Source: a virus. From it: a stretch of 10,143 bases of DNA. Under the pieces are notes generated by a model. It made no database searches. It saw nothing but the letters and a program-made list of their open reading frames with translations, and was not told the origin of the DNA. Positions 1 to 7,312 of this stretch are shown piece after piece. How positions within the stretch are numbered: the stretch's first letter is position 1; each line of letters begins with the position of its first letter. Made by a program: the position numbers and the translations under genes. The DNA lies in the UHGV virus genome UHGV-1652557. One strand, 5' to 3'.

Positions 1-94
1 ATGCTTCCATCGGAAACGATGATCTGGCAGCCTGAGTTCACAGATAAAACACTCTCCAGGAAACCCGGGGCGGTTCAAATTGCCTCTTTGCCCG

Positions 95-796
95 TCATAC
101 AGTTGCTCCTTTCAGTCCGAACTTCGCTTTGATTTCTGCGATCTTCGCCAGAGCCTGTGCACGATTTAGAGGCCTACCGCCCATGACAGGAAGTTGTTTT
201 ACTGGTTCAGGTATCGCCTCACCACGGTTAATTCGCGCGGTCATACAGGTCAGCTCATCGGCAGCTTTACGCCGTAATTCCGCGTCAGTCAGCGCATTGG
301 CCCGCATGTTCTGGTACAGGTTGGTAACCAACCAGTAGTGCGCGTTTGATTTCCATGGATAAGACTCTGCGTCCGGATACAGGCCACGCTTCCGGCAATA
401 CTCGTAAACCATATCAACCAGCTCGCTGGCGTTTGGCAGTCCGGCGGTAACGGATGCTTCTTCCCGGCACCAGGCGACAAACTGCCCGGGTGATGGCAGG
501 AATGGTCGATTCTGCCGACGGGCTACGCGCATTCCTGCGTTAACCTGTTCCATTGTGGTGATCCCGTTTTCCCGGAAAGCCAGAACCCACTGGCGGCGGA
601 TTTCGTTCAGTTCGTTCTGGTCCCGGTTAGCCAGGCTCGCCGGGAAAGTTGCCAGTAACTGGCTGAACACACCGTTGATGATCCGCGCTACCTGCTGTAC
701 CTGCGGCTTTTCGTCGTACTGTTCCGGCATGTTGTTGGCGATCCGGCGCATCTGCTCACGGTCAAAGTTAACCATCTGTGCGGCGATGTTTTTCAT
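95..796 (-). CDS. P: Replication protein P (lambda P-type DnaB helicase loader)
   Basis: 233-aa ORF whose translation matches lambda P as I recall it, with only a few substitutions. Its start ATG (796-794) overlaps the O stop (795-793) in an ATGA arrangement. Identity was not computed. Confidence 0.93.
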   Translation of the reverse strand: MKNIAAQMVNFDREQMRRIANNMPEQYDEKPQVQQVARIINGVFSQLLATFPASLANRDQNELNEIRRQWVLAFRENGITTMEQVNAGMRVARRQNRPFLPSPGQFVAWCREEASVTAGLPNASELVDMVYEYCRKRGLYPDAESYPWKSNAHYWLVTNLYQNMRANALTDAELRRKAADELTCMTARINRGEAIPEPVKQLPVMGGRPLNRAQALAKIAEIKAKFGLKGATV

Positions 797-1722
797 AAAT
801 CCACCCCATAAATCCAGTCAGTGTTTGTCAGGTCGAGTTTTGATTTTCCGGCTGTCACGCCAGCCTGTTGCTTGTTACGGTTGATTTCGAGTTGGGTCCA
901 CTTGTCGCGGAGTTTGGCCGGACTTAGCACGTTACCGGACCAGAAGTTGTCCTGGCATGCCCAGCGGAACAGCACGCACATGTCGCGGTGGTTACGTCCG
1001 TCACGTTCACGCATCAGGCGGATATCGTTAGCCCACCCTGCAAAATTCGGTTTTCTGGCTGATGGCGCGATGGTCTTCACCATGTCAAACATCCACTCTG
1101 CGGCGGTCAGGTCTTCTGCTGTCCCCCACCTGCTGCCGCTCTGAATTGCAGCATCTGGTTTCTCCACAGGAAGATCGTTTTCTGGTTGGTCAGAGGATTC
1201 GCCAGAATTCTCGGACGAAAAAGGTTTTATATTGTCTTTTGTTAGTTTGTCTTTTGTGTTTACCTGATTCGGGTAAACGCCTTTACCTGATTTGGGTAAA
1301 CTTTTCTTACCTGATTCAGGTAAATTTACCTCTTTCAGGTAAACTTTATTTTTCTTACCTGATTCGGGTAATGTTGACCATTCACTGACCACATTATTAA
1401 TGCCGATATTCCGCCCGCTCTGAATAAGAATCCCACGCTTTACCAGAACGCTTTTTGCAGCAGAACACTTGTGCGGCAATATCCCGGTCAACTCGGAAAG
1501 TTGCTCGTTGCTCACCCAATCCAGTTTTTTATTAAAGCCATATGTTTTGCGCATGACAGCCAGGAAGACCAGAAGCTGGTGCTGTGTTAATCCGGCCAGC
1601 ATCACAGCTTCCAGCAACTCATTTGCAATGCGCGTATAACCATCATCGAGATCTGCCACGCGCGGCTCCTTTTGTGCCGCATCCGGCACTGGAAAATTGA
1701 ATATCTCAGCAGTGTTTGCCAT
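793..1722 (-). CDS. O: Replication initiator protein O (mosaic: non-lambda N-terminal half, lambda-type C-terminal P-interaction domain)
   Basis: The ORF is open from 1812, but the internal Met at 1722-1720 gives MANTAEIFNF, which aligns with the lambda O N-terminus MTNTAKILNF, and is preceded by a GGGAGG RBS. The DLDDGY motif is present. The C-terminal ~90 aa matches lambda O from memory. Iterons lie inside the gene as in lambda ori. Confidence 0.88.
   Translation of the reverse strand: MANTAEIFNFPVPDAAQKEPRVADLDDGYTRIANELLEAVMLAGLTQHQLLVFLAVMRKTYGFNKKLDWVSNEQLSELTGILPHKCSAAKSVLVKRGILIQSGRNIGINNVVSEWSTLPESGKKNKVYLKEVNLPESGKKSLPKSGKGVYPNQVNTKDKLTKDNIKPFSSENSGESSDQPENDLPVEKPDAAIQSGSRWGTAEDLTAAEWMFDMVKTIAPSARKPNFAGWANDIRLMRERDGRNHRDMCVLFRWACQDNFWSGNVLSPAKLRDKWTQLEINRNKQQAGVTAGKSKLDLTNTDWIYGVDL
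1257..1378. repeat. Origin of replication: five iterons, each an inverted repeat TTACC-N6/7-GGTAA (e.g. TTACCTGATTCGGGTAA), flanked by an AT-rich tract at 1215-1256
   Basis: Direct reading: TACC cores at 1261, 1284, 1308, 1327 and 1356 with 19-29 bp spacing, inside the O coding sequence. The adjacent AT-rich stretch (aaaaaggttttatattgtcttttgttagtttgtcttttgtgttt) lies downstream in the O reading direction, as in lambda ori. Confidence 0.8.
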
Positions 1723-1808
1723 AATTCCTCCCGCAATGAGTGTGTTACGATTTGCACCTGAAAGTCGGTTCTGTTCCCGCAGACCGACTTTCGCCATTTC
1801 TGAACCTG

Positions 1809-2348
1809 TCATATTGCCCCCAGCATGGTGGTCACCATCGCCATTAATGGACCAGCCAGATCCGGGTCCACACGAAACATCGACACAATACCTTCACTCA
1901 TTTCCTTCAGTTTCTGGTGGCGTGGTGCGTTGAGAATGACAGCCTGTTTTGCCTCACTGAGTTCCTTTTCCATTTCAGCCAACCGAGTCATGAAGCTATC
2001 CTGCTCAACCAGGTAACCGCGATATTCCAGCGGTAGTACCGCCAGAATTGCCGGGGTCAGTTCACGCACGTTATTTCGGTATTTTTCAGAATCGAATTTG
2101 TTATCGAGGAAGCGGAACAGCTTCTGGCGTGCACGGCTGACATCATCAGGGAAATCGATGGTGCCGTCGCCCTGCTCCCGATACTCATTCACAATGAGTG
2201 CGGCAACGACATCCTGATTATCTACAGCCGACCAGGCGCGGACGGCATCACGGATTTTTTCGTGGCCTGGAGCTTGTTTTGTTTGAGAACGATTTATCAC
2301 CGCAGTCGGAATAAATCCGCTAGTCTGTTGGTATGTAAGTGGTTGCAT
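1809..2348 (-). CDS. Regulatory protein in the cII position (179 aa; not lambda CII; possibly a phage 186 CII/CP76-like or YdaT-like family member)
   Basis: ORF with an AAGGAG RBS 6 nt upstream of the ATG at 2348. Its stop overlaps the start of the long O ORF. It sits between cro and O. Family assignment is from memory and uncertain. Confidence 0.6.
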   Translation of the reverse strand: MQPLTYQQTSGFIPTAVINRSQTKQAPGHEKIRDAVRAWSAVDNQDVVAALIVNEYREQGDGTIDFPDDVSRARQKLFRFLDNKFDSEKYRNNVRELTPAILAVLPLEYRGYLVEQDSFMTRLAEMEKELSEAKQAVILNAPRHQKLKEMSEGIVSMFRVDPDLAGPLMAMVTTMLGAI

Positions 2349-2417
2349 AATTGACTCCTTTAGTTTGAATTGACTGTTAAGTTGATTGCTTATTGTTAAA
2401 GAGCGTGAAATGGAAAT

Positions 2418-2648
2418 TTAAGCTGCGTTCTTTTCGGTGTGTGGAAACAACTTCGGAAGATCCGGGCGAATCTGGTATGCCTTCACAACTCCACCAGTAG
2501 CCGTAACAATGCTGCCGACATGTTCAGGGGATACCTTTGCTTTGTTGTGAAGCCACTTATAGACGGCCTGCTGTGAAACTTCGCAGGCATCGCCTAGTTT
2601 CTTTTGTGAACCAACGATATTGATCGCTGTTTTGATTGCTGGGTTCAT
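2418..2648 (-). CDS. cro: Cro-like HTH transcriptional regulator
   Basis: 76-aa ORF transcribed divergently from the repressor gene. HTH-like segment QKKLGDACEVSQQAVYKWL. GGAGG RBS 5 nt upstream. PR-like promoter immediately upstream. Confidence 0.8.
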   Translation of the reverse strand: MNPAIKTAINIVGSQKKLGDACEVSQQAVYKWLHNKAKVSPEHVGSIVTATGGVVKAYQIRPDLPKLFPHTEKNAA

Positions 2649-2752
2649 AACAACCTCCGTGGTTAATCCGAATCAAGATTAAAACTATGGTTGTTTTTAG
2701 TCAACAACCATTTTCGTTTGATGAAATAAAACCTTGGTTGTACATTTGATCT
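2649..2752. promoter_or_regulatory. Right operator/promoter region (OR with divergent PR and PRM)
   Basis: PR on the minus strand: -35 TTGACT (2704-2699), 17-bp spacer, -10 TAATCT (2681-2676). PRM on the plus strand: -35 TTGATG (2718-2723), 17-bp spacer, -10 TACATT (2741-2746), with no SD before the cI ATG at 2753, suggesting a leaderless transcript as for lambda PRM. A 17-bp operator AAAACTATGGTTGTTTT (2681-2697) fills the PR spacer. Further GTTGTT/AACAAC half-sites at 2701-2717 and 2729-2745. Confidence 0.7.
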
Positions 2753-3442
2753 ATGAAAACAACACTCTCAGAAAGACTTAAAGAAGCCAGATTAGCGCGA
2801 GGCCTTACACAAAAGGCGCTTGGGGATTTGGTCGGGGTTAGCCAGGCTGCTATTCAGAAAATCGAAACAGGGAAAGCTAACCAAACAACTAAAATCGTGG
2901 AGATCGCGAACGCTTTGGGTGTGCGCGCAGAATGGTTATCTTCTGGCGTTGGAAATATGTCAGACAGTACAGTGCAACCAATACAATCAACTGTCAGCCA
3001 TTCCAAATACTTCAAAATTGACGTTCTTGATATAGAAGTCAGTGCCGGGCCAGGTGTAATCAACCGTGAGTTTGTAGAAGTTCTACGCTCGGTTGAGTAC
3101 TCGTTTGACGATGCTCGTCACATGTTCGATGGCAGGAAGGCGGAAAATATCCGCATCATTAACGTGCGAGGTGACAGCATGTCAGGGACGATCGAACCAG
3201 GTGACCTGCTGTTCGTTGATATCACTGTTAAATCTTTCGACGGTGATGGCATCTATGCGTTTCTGTACGACGACACTGCCCATGTAAAACGTCTTCAAAT
3301 GATGAAGGATAAGCTGCTGGTTATCTCTGATAACAAGAGCTACTCGCCGTGGGACCCGATCGAGAAAGACGAGATGAACCGGGTGTTCATATTCGGTAAG
3401 GTCATTGGAAGCATGCCGCAGACGTACAGGAAGCATGGTTAA
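2753..3442 (+). CDS. cI: CI-like prophage repressor (N-terminal HTH, C-terminal LexA-like S24 autopeptidase domain)
   Basis: 229 aa. HTH LTQKALGDLVGVSQAAIQKIETGK. Ala-Gly candidate cleavage site in EVSAGPG. GDSM serine motif and downstream VKRL lysine motif typical of the LexA/CI S24 family. Confidence 0.92.
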   Translation: MKTTLSERLKEARLARGLTQKALGDLVGVSQAAIQKIETGKANQTTKIVEIANALGVRAEWLSSGVGNMSDSTVQPIQSTVSHSKYFKIDVLDIEVSAGPGVINREFVEVLRSVEYSFDDARHMFDGRKAENIRIINVRGDSMSGTIEPGDLLFVDITVKSFDGDGIYAFLYDDTAHVKRLQMMKDKLLVISDNKSYSPWDPIEKDEMNRVFIFGKVIGSMPQTYRKHG

Positions 3443-3671
3443 TTTATCTACGACTTAAGGGAGCGAAGGTTAAGGTTTATACCACTCGGATTAGATATTG
3501 CACTAAATTCTCTATAAGAACGCCAAATCTGTTTGCATATTTCAGTAAATATTCTCGTTGTTAGCTGAGATTTGTTGCTACTGTCAGCAAAATGTCCCCC
3601 TATCTCGTAGCGGTTTTTATTTCGAATCATTATGTTAAGATGTTTCTGATTATAATGAATGGAAACATAAA

Positions 3672-4052
3672 ATGAGAAAAATCCTAATCGCTGCCATGAT
3701 GGCATCTGTATTGGCTGGGTGTGCTTCTTCAGGCAACCAGCAACTCAAAAATGAAACTGAAATTAGTGTCCAGTCTAAACTTCAGGAAGGTAAAACAACC
3801 AAGAATGAGGTTAAATCTTACTTTGGTTCTCCTGATGCTGTTTCATATACTGACAGTGGAAACGAGATCTGGAAGTACGCCTTTGCAAAAGTAAAAGTTA
3901 ATGGCACCACTTTTATTCCATTCTATGGATTATTCCATAATGGAACGAACGGTACGAAAAAAGAACTTACTATTCTTTTTAACGATGACACGATTAAGAA
4001 ATACACAATGTCAGAAACCCAAATAAACTCGAAATCAGGTTGGGCTGACTGA
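3672..4052 (+). CDS. Lipoprotein moron with a BamE/SmpA-OmlA-like domain (candidate lysogenic-conversion or superinfection-exclusion protein)
   Basis: 126 aa. Signal peptide with lipobox LAGC (MRKILIAAMMASVLAGC). Mature part shows a BamE-like pattern (KTTKNEVKSYFGSPDAVSYTDSGNEIWKYAF ... LTILFNDD), from memory. Preceded by an AT-rich 228-bp spacer with a perfect TATAAT at 3651-3656. Followed by a strong terminator. Confidence 0.85.
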   Translation: MRKILIAAMMASVLAGCASSGNQQLKNETEISVQSKLQEGKTTKNEVKSYFGSPDAVSYTDSGNEIWKYAFAKVKVNGTTFIPFYGLFHNGTNGTKKELTILFNDDTIKKYTMSETQINSKSGWAD

Positions 4053-4060
4053 TAATCATA

Positions 4061-4089
4061 CCCGGCAACCGCGCCGGGTTTTCTTTTCC
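4061..4089 (+). terminator. Rho-independent terminator after the lipoprotein gene
   Basis: Stem ACCCGGC (4061-4067) / GCCGGGT (4074-4080), 6-nt loop, then TTTTCTTTT. Confidence 0.75.
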
Positions 4090-4198
4090 TCCCCCTCATA
4101 ACTCATACCGTCCAAAAAACCACCACACCTCACTTCAGTTATCGCTATGCGATGCAAGTCACAAAATAAATCCATCCTAAATACAACCAGTTATATTT

Positions 4199-4260
4199 AA
4201 AACAACCGACAAAACAACTTTTGTTGTTGACGATAAAACAACTATAGTTTTAAATAAATT
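4199..4260 (+). promoter_or_regulatory. Left operator/promoter region (OL/PL)
   Basis: -35 TTGACG (4228-4233), 17-bp spacer, -10 TTAAAT (4251-4256), reading toward kil-gam-bet-exo. Operator AAAACAACTATAGTTTT (4237-4253) fills the spacer and differs at one base from the PR-strand reading of the OR operator. Additional AACAAC-N4-GTTGTT site at 4213-4228 and an AACAAC-containing site at 4199-4218. Confidence 0.7.
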
Positions 4261-4532
4261 CATCGCAACGACACAACGATACGGTAACCACCTGTTTCAC
4301 CGTTGCGATGACCGCTTAGATCCGCAGTTTGAATTTCAGCAGGCTTCGGGGAGTGCGAGGGGTGAAGCGGACGCGTGAACGTCGGTGTGACCAGCTGAAA
4401 TCAACTCAACACTTCATACCTCAGTCGCTTCAACGAGGCGACTTAGTTATGACAACCGGCGGCCATCCACCGCCTGAATACGCGCAGAAGTCTCTATATG
4501 TTCAGCAGCCCAGCTTACGGGCAGGAGTTTTT

Positions 4533-4739
4533 ATGGTTCATCAACATTACGGAACGCAGACCGTTAATCGAGGTGCGGTCATGCCAGGAATGCTGGTCAA
4601 ACACAAAGATGGTACCTGGACTGCATCAGCTAATTTACGCGGACGGCTTTATCTGCATCGCGGCATCGAGCGCACTTATACCCGTGATTTGCTCGTGGAA
4701 GTTTTTCTCGACGGACGCGGTAACGGCCTGAATCGCTAA
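4533..4739 (+). CDS. kil: Kil protein, KilR-type (host cell-division inhibitor)
   Basis: 68-aa reading from the ATG at 4533 with an AGGAG RBS 5 nt upstream. MVHQHYGTQ...[17 protein letters not shown]...LY...[10 protein letters not shown] resembles Rac prophage KilR as I recall it (HHFGT...PGDYVLHEGRTYIASAN...VFLGRDGLPV). Position between PL and gam. The longer ORF from the TTG at 4329 or the ATG at 4449 lacks a good RBS. Confidence 0.65.
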   Translation: MVHQHYGTQTVNRGAVMPGMLVKHKDGTWTASANLRGRLYLHRGIERTYTRDLLVEVFLDGRGNGLNR

Positions 4740-4814
4740 TCCCCTTTCCTGTTTTCCTAATCAGCCTGGCATTTCGCGGGCGATATTTTCACAGCCATTT
4801 TCAGGAGTTCAGCC

Positions 4815-5111
4815 ATGAACGCTTATTACATTCAGGATCGTCTTGAGGCTCAGAGCTGGGCGCGTCACTACCAGCAGATCGCCCGTGAAGAGAAAGAGGC
4901 AGAACTGGCAGACGACATGGAAAAAGGCCTGCCCCAGCACCTGTTTGAATCGCTATGCATCGATCATTTGCAACGCCACGGGGCCAGCAAAAAAGCCATT
5001 ACCCGTGCGTTTGATGACGATGTTGAGTTTCAGGAGCGCATGGCAGAACACATCCGGTACATGGTTGAAACCATTGCTCACCACCAGGTTGATATTGATT
5101 CAGAGGTATAA
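4815..5111 (+). CDS. gam: Gam, RecBCD inhibitor (short GamS form)
   Basis: 98-aa translation [21 protein letters not shown]... matches lambda GamS from memory. AGGAG RBS. An in-frame stop at 4758-4760 and no upstream ATG exclude a long GamL form. Confidence 0.95.
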   Translation: MNAYYIQDRLEAQSWARHYQQIAREEKEAELADDMEKGLPQHLFESLCIDHLQRHGASKKAITRAFDDDVEFQERMAEHIRYMVETIAHHQVDIDSEV

Positions 5112-5116
5112 AACGG

Positions 5117-5902
5117 ATGAGTACAGCACTCGCAACGCTGGCTGGGAAGCTGGCTGAACGTGTCGGCATGGATTCTGTCGACCCACAGGAACTGATCACC
5201 ACTCTTCGCCAGACGGCATTTAAAGGTGATGCCAGCGATGCGCAGTTCATCGCATTACTGATCGTTGCCAACCAGTACGGCCTTAATCCGTGGACGAAAG
5301 AAATTTACACCTTTCCTGATAAGCAGAATGGCATCGTTCCGGTGGTGGGCGTTGATGGCTGGTCCCGCATCATCAATGAAAACCAGCAGTTTGATGGCAT
5401 GGACTTTGAGCAGGACAATGAATCCTGTACATGCCGGATTTACCGCAAGGACCGTAATCATCCGATCTGCGTTACCGAGTGGATGGATGAATGCCGCCGC
5501 GAACCATTCAAAACCCGCGAAGGCAGAGAAATTACGGGGCCGTGGCAGTCGCATCCCAAACGGATGTTACGGCATAAAGCCATGATTCAGTGTGCCCGTC
5601 TGGCCTTCGGATTTGCGGGTATCTATGACAAGGATGAAGCCGAGCGCATTGTCGAAAATACCGCATACACTGCAGAACGTCAGCCGGAACGCGACATCAC
5701 TCCGGTTAACGATGAAACCATGCAGGAGATTAACACTCTGCTGATTGCCCTGGATAAAACATGGGATGACGACTTATTGCCGCTCTGTTCCCAGATATTT
5801 CGCCGCGACATTCGCGCATCGTCAGAACTGACACAGGCCGAAGCAGTGAAAGCTCTTGGATTCCTGAAACAGAAAGCCACTGAGCAGAAGGTGGCTGCAT
5901 GA
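5117..5902 (+). CDS. bet: Bet (Red-beta) single-strand annealing recombinase
   Basis: 261-aa translation matches lambda Bet nearly residue for residue, from memory. Confidence 0.96.
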   Translation: MSTALATLAGKLAERVGMDSVDPQELITTLRQTAFKGDASDAQFIALLIVANQYGLNPWTKEIYTFPDKQNGIVPVVGVDGWSRIINENQQFDGMDFEQDNESCTCRIYRKDRNHPICVTEWMDECRREPFKTREGREITGPWQSHPKRMLRHKAMIQCARLAFGFAGIYDKDEAERIVENTAYTAERQPERDITPVNDETMQEINTLLIALDKTWDDDLLPLCSQIFRRDIRASSELTQAEAVKALGFLKQKATEQKVAA

Positions 5903-6579
5903 CACCGGACATTATCCTGCAGCGTACCGGAATCGACGTGAGAGCTGTCGAACAGGGGGATGATGCGTGGCACAAATTACGGCTCGGCGTCATCACCGCT
6001 TCAGAAGTTCACAATGTGATAGCAAAACCCCGCTCCGGAAAAAAGTGGCCTGACATGAAAATGTCCTACTTCCACACCCTGCTGGCTGAGGTTTGCACCG
6101 GTGTGGCTCCGGAAGTTAATGCTAAGGCGCTGGCATGGGGAAAACAGTACGAGAACGACGCCAGAACTCTGTTTGAATTCACTTCCGGCGTGAATGTTAC
6201 TGAATCCCCGATCATCTATCGCGACGAAAGTATGCGTACCGCCTGCTCTCCCGATGGTTTATGCAGTGACGGCAATGGCCTTGAGCTGAAATGCCCGTTT
6301 ACCTCCCGGGATTTCATGAAGTTCCGGCTCGGTGGTTTCGAGGCCATAAAGTCGGCTTACATGGCCCAGGTGCAGTACAGCATGTGGGTGACGCGAAAAG
6401 ATGCCTGGTACTTTGCCAACTATGACCCGCGTATGAAGCGTGAAGGCCTGCATTATGTCGTGGTTGAGCGGGATGAAAAGTACATGGCGAGTTTTGACGA
6501 GATGGTGCCGGAGTTCATCGAAAAAATGGACGAGGCACTGGCTGAAATTGGTTTTGTATTTGGGGAGCAATGGCGATGA
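5899..6579 (+). CDS. exo: Exo (Red-alpha) 5'-3' exonuclease
   Basis: 226-aa translation matches lambda Exo from memory. ATGA overlap with the bet stop. Confidence 0.96.
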   Translation: MTPDIILQRTGIDVRAVEQGDDAWHKLRLGVITASEVHNVIAKPRSGKKWPDMKMSYFHTLLAEVCTGVAPEVNAKALAWGKQYENDARTLFEFTSGVNVTESPIIYRDESMRTACSPDGLCSDGNGLELKCPFTSRDFMKFRLGGFEAIKSAYMAQVQYSMWVTRKDAWYFANYDPRMKREGLHYVVVERDEKYMASFDEMVPEFIEKMDEALAEIGFVFGEQWR

Positions 6580-6758
6580 CGCATCCTCACGATAATATCC
6601 GGGTGGGCGCGATCACTTTCGTCTACTCCATTACAAAGCGAGGCTGGGTATTTCCCGGCCTTTCTGTTATCAGAAATCCCCTGAAAGCACAGCGGCTGGC
6701 TGAGGAGATAAATAATAAACGGGGAGCTGTATGCACAAAGCATCTCCCGTTGAGTTAA
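6576..6758 (+). CDS. Lambda orf60a-like exo-xis region protein
   Basis: 60-aa reading from the ATG at 6576, overlapping the exo stop. Same length and position as lambda orf60a. An alternative ATG lies at 6570. Confidence 0.75.
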   Translation: MTHPHDNIRVGAITFVYSITKRGWVFPGLSVIRNPLKAQRLAEEINNKRGAVCTKHLPLS

Positions 6759-6922
6759 GAACGAGTATCGAGATGGCACATAGCCTCGCTCAAATTGGAG
6801 TCAGGTTTGTGCCAATATCAGTAGAAACAGACGAAGAATTTCATACGTTAGCCGCATCCCTTTCACAAAAGCTGGAAATGATGGTGGCGAAAGCAGAAGC
6901 AGATGAGAGAGACCAGGTATGA
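6731..6922 (+). CDS. Lambda orf63-like exo-xis region protein
   Basis: 63-aa ORF overlapping orf60a by 28 nt, the same overlap as in the lambda annotation as I recall it. Confidence 0.75.
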   Translation: MHKASPVELRTSIEMAHSLAQIGVRFVPISVETDEEFHTLAASLSQKLEMMVAKAEADERDQV

Positions 6923-7002
6923 CAACCACTGAATGCATTTTTCTGGCAGCGGGCTTCATATTCTGTGTGCTTATGCTTGCCGACATGGGGCTTGTTCAAT
7001 GA
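6919..7002 (+). CDS. Small hydrophobic peptide (27 aa), translationally coupled between orf63 and the next ORF
   Basis: MTTTECIFLAAGFIFCVLMLADMGLVQ. The ATG overlaps the orf63 stop (ATGA) and the stop overlaps the next ATG (ATGA). Could be a single-pass membrane peptide, but coding status is unproven. Confidence 0.3.
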   Translation: MTTTECIFLAAGFIFCVLMLADMGLVQ

Positions 7003-7214
7003 CACCTCAGCAAGAAAACGCCCTTCGCAGCATTGCCCGTCAGGCTAATTCTGAAATCAAAAAAGCCAGACAGCAGTTTCCGGATAAAAACGTCGATGAC
7101 ATTTGCCGTAGCGTACTAAAGAAGCACCGCGAAACGGTAACGCTGATGGGATTCACACCGACTCATTTAAGCCTGGCGATCGGCATGTTGAACGGCGTCT
7201 TTAAGGAACGGTGA
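6999..7214 (+). CDS. Hypothetical exo-xis region protein (71 aa, in the orf61 position)
   Basis: ORF read from the ATG at 6999 (MTPQQENALRSIARQ...). The longer 6933 start adds a Cys/His-rich, non-protein-like extension. Confidence 0.55.
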   Translation: MTPQQENALRSIARQANSEIKKARQQFPDKNVDDICRSVLKKHRETVTLMGFTPTHLSLAIGMLNGVFKER

Positions 7215-7235
7215 ACATGAAAAGCAAAATCATCA

Positions 7236-7260
7236 GGGAGCTACAGGCTCCTTTTTTATT
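7236..7260 (+). terminator. Rho-independent terminator inside the exo-xis region
   Basis: Stem GGAGC (7237-7241) / GCTCC (7247-7251), loop TACAG, then TTTTTTATTATT. Confidence 0.6.
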
Positions 7261-7312
7261 ATTCGCATTCACCCTCAAGCGTATTAACCAACAATTCAGG
7301 GATTAATGAAAG

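Noticed and set aside
1257-1378. Direct repeats considered as a possible CRISPR array or mobile-element terminal repeats
   Set aside because: The repeats are short palindromic iterons with irregular spacing, inside the O coding sequence and next to an AT-rich tract: a lambda-type ori, not a repeat-spacer array.
4329-4532. Arg-rich N-terminal extension of the kil frame (TTG start; RLRGVRGVKRTRERR) that might be an N-like antiterminator
   Set aside because: It depends on a TTG start with no RBS, is in frame with kil rather than a separate gene, and lies over strong inverted repeats. More likely an untranslated structured leader.
129-6986. ORFs of 60-110 aa antisense to or embedded in P, O, cI, bet and exo (e.g. 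129-338, 555-884, 5255-5554, 6259-6570, 6801-6986)
   Set aside because: They sit entirely inside well-supported genes on the opposite strand or in another frame, lack an RBS, and translate to low-complexity sequence.
6933-6998. Longer 93-aa start for the orf61-position ORF
   Set aside because: The extension (MHFSGSGLHILCAYACRHGACS) is non-protein-like and would overlap the coupled small ORF. The ATG at 6999 is preferred.
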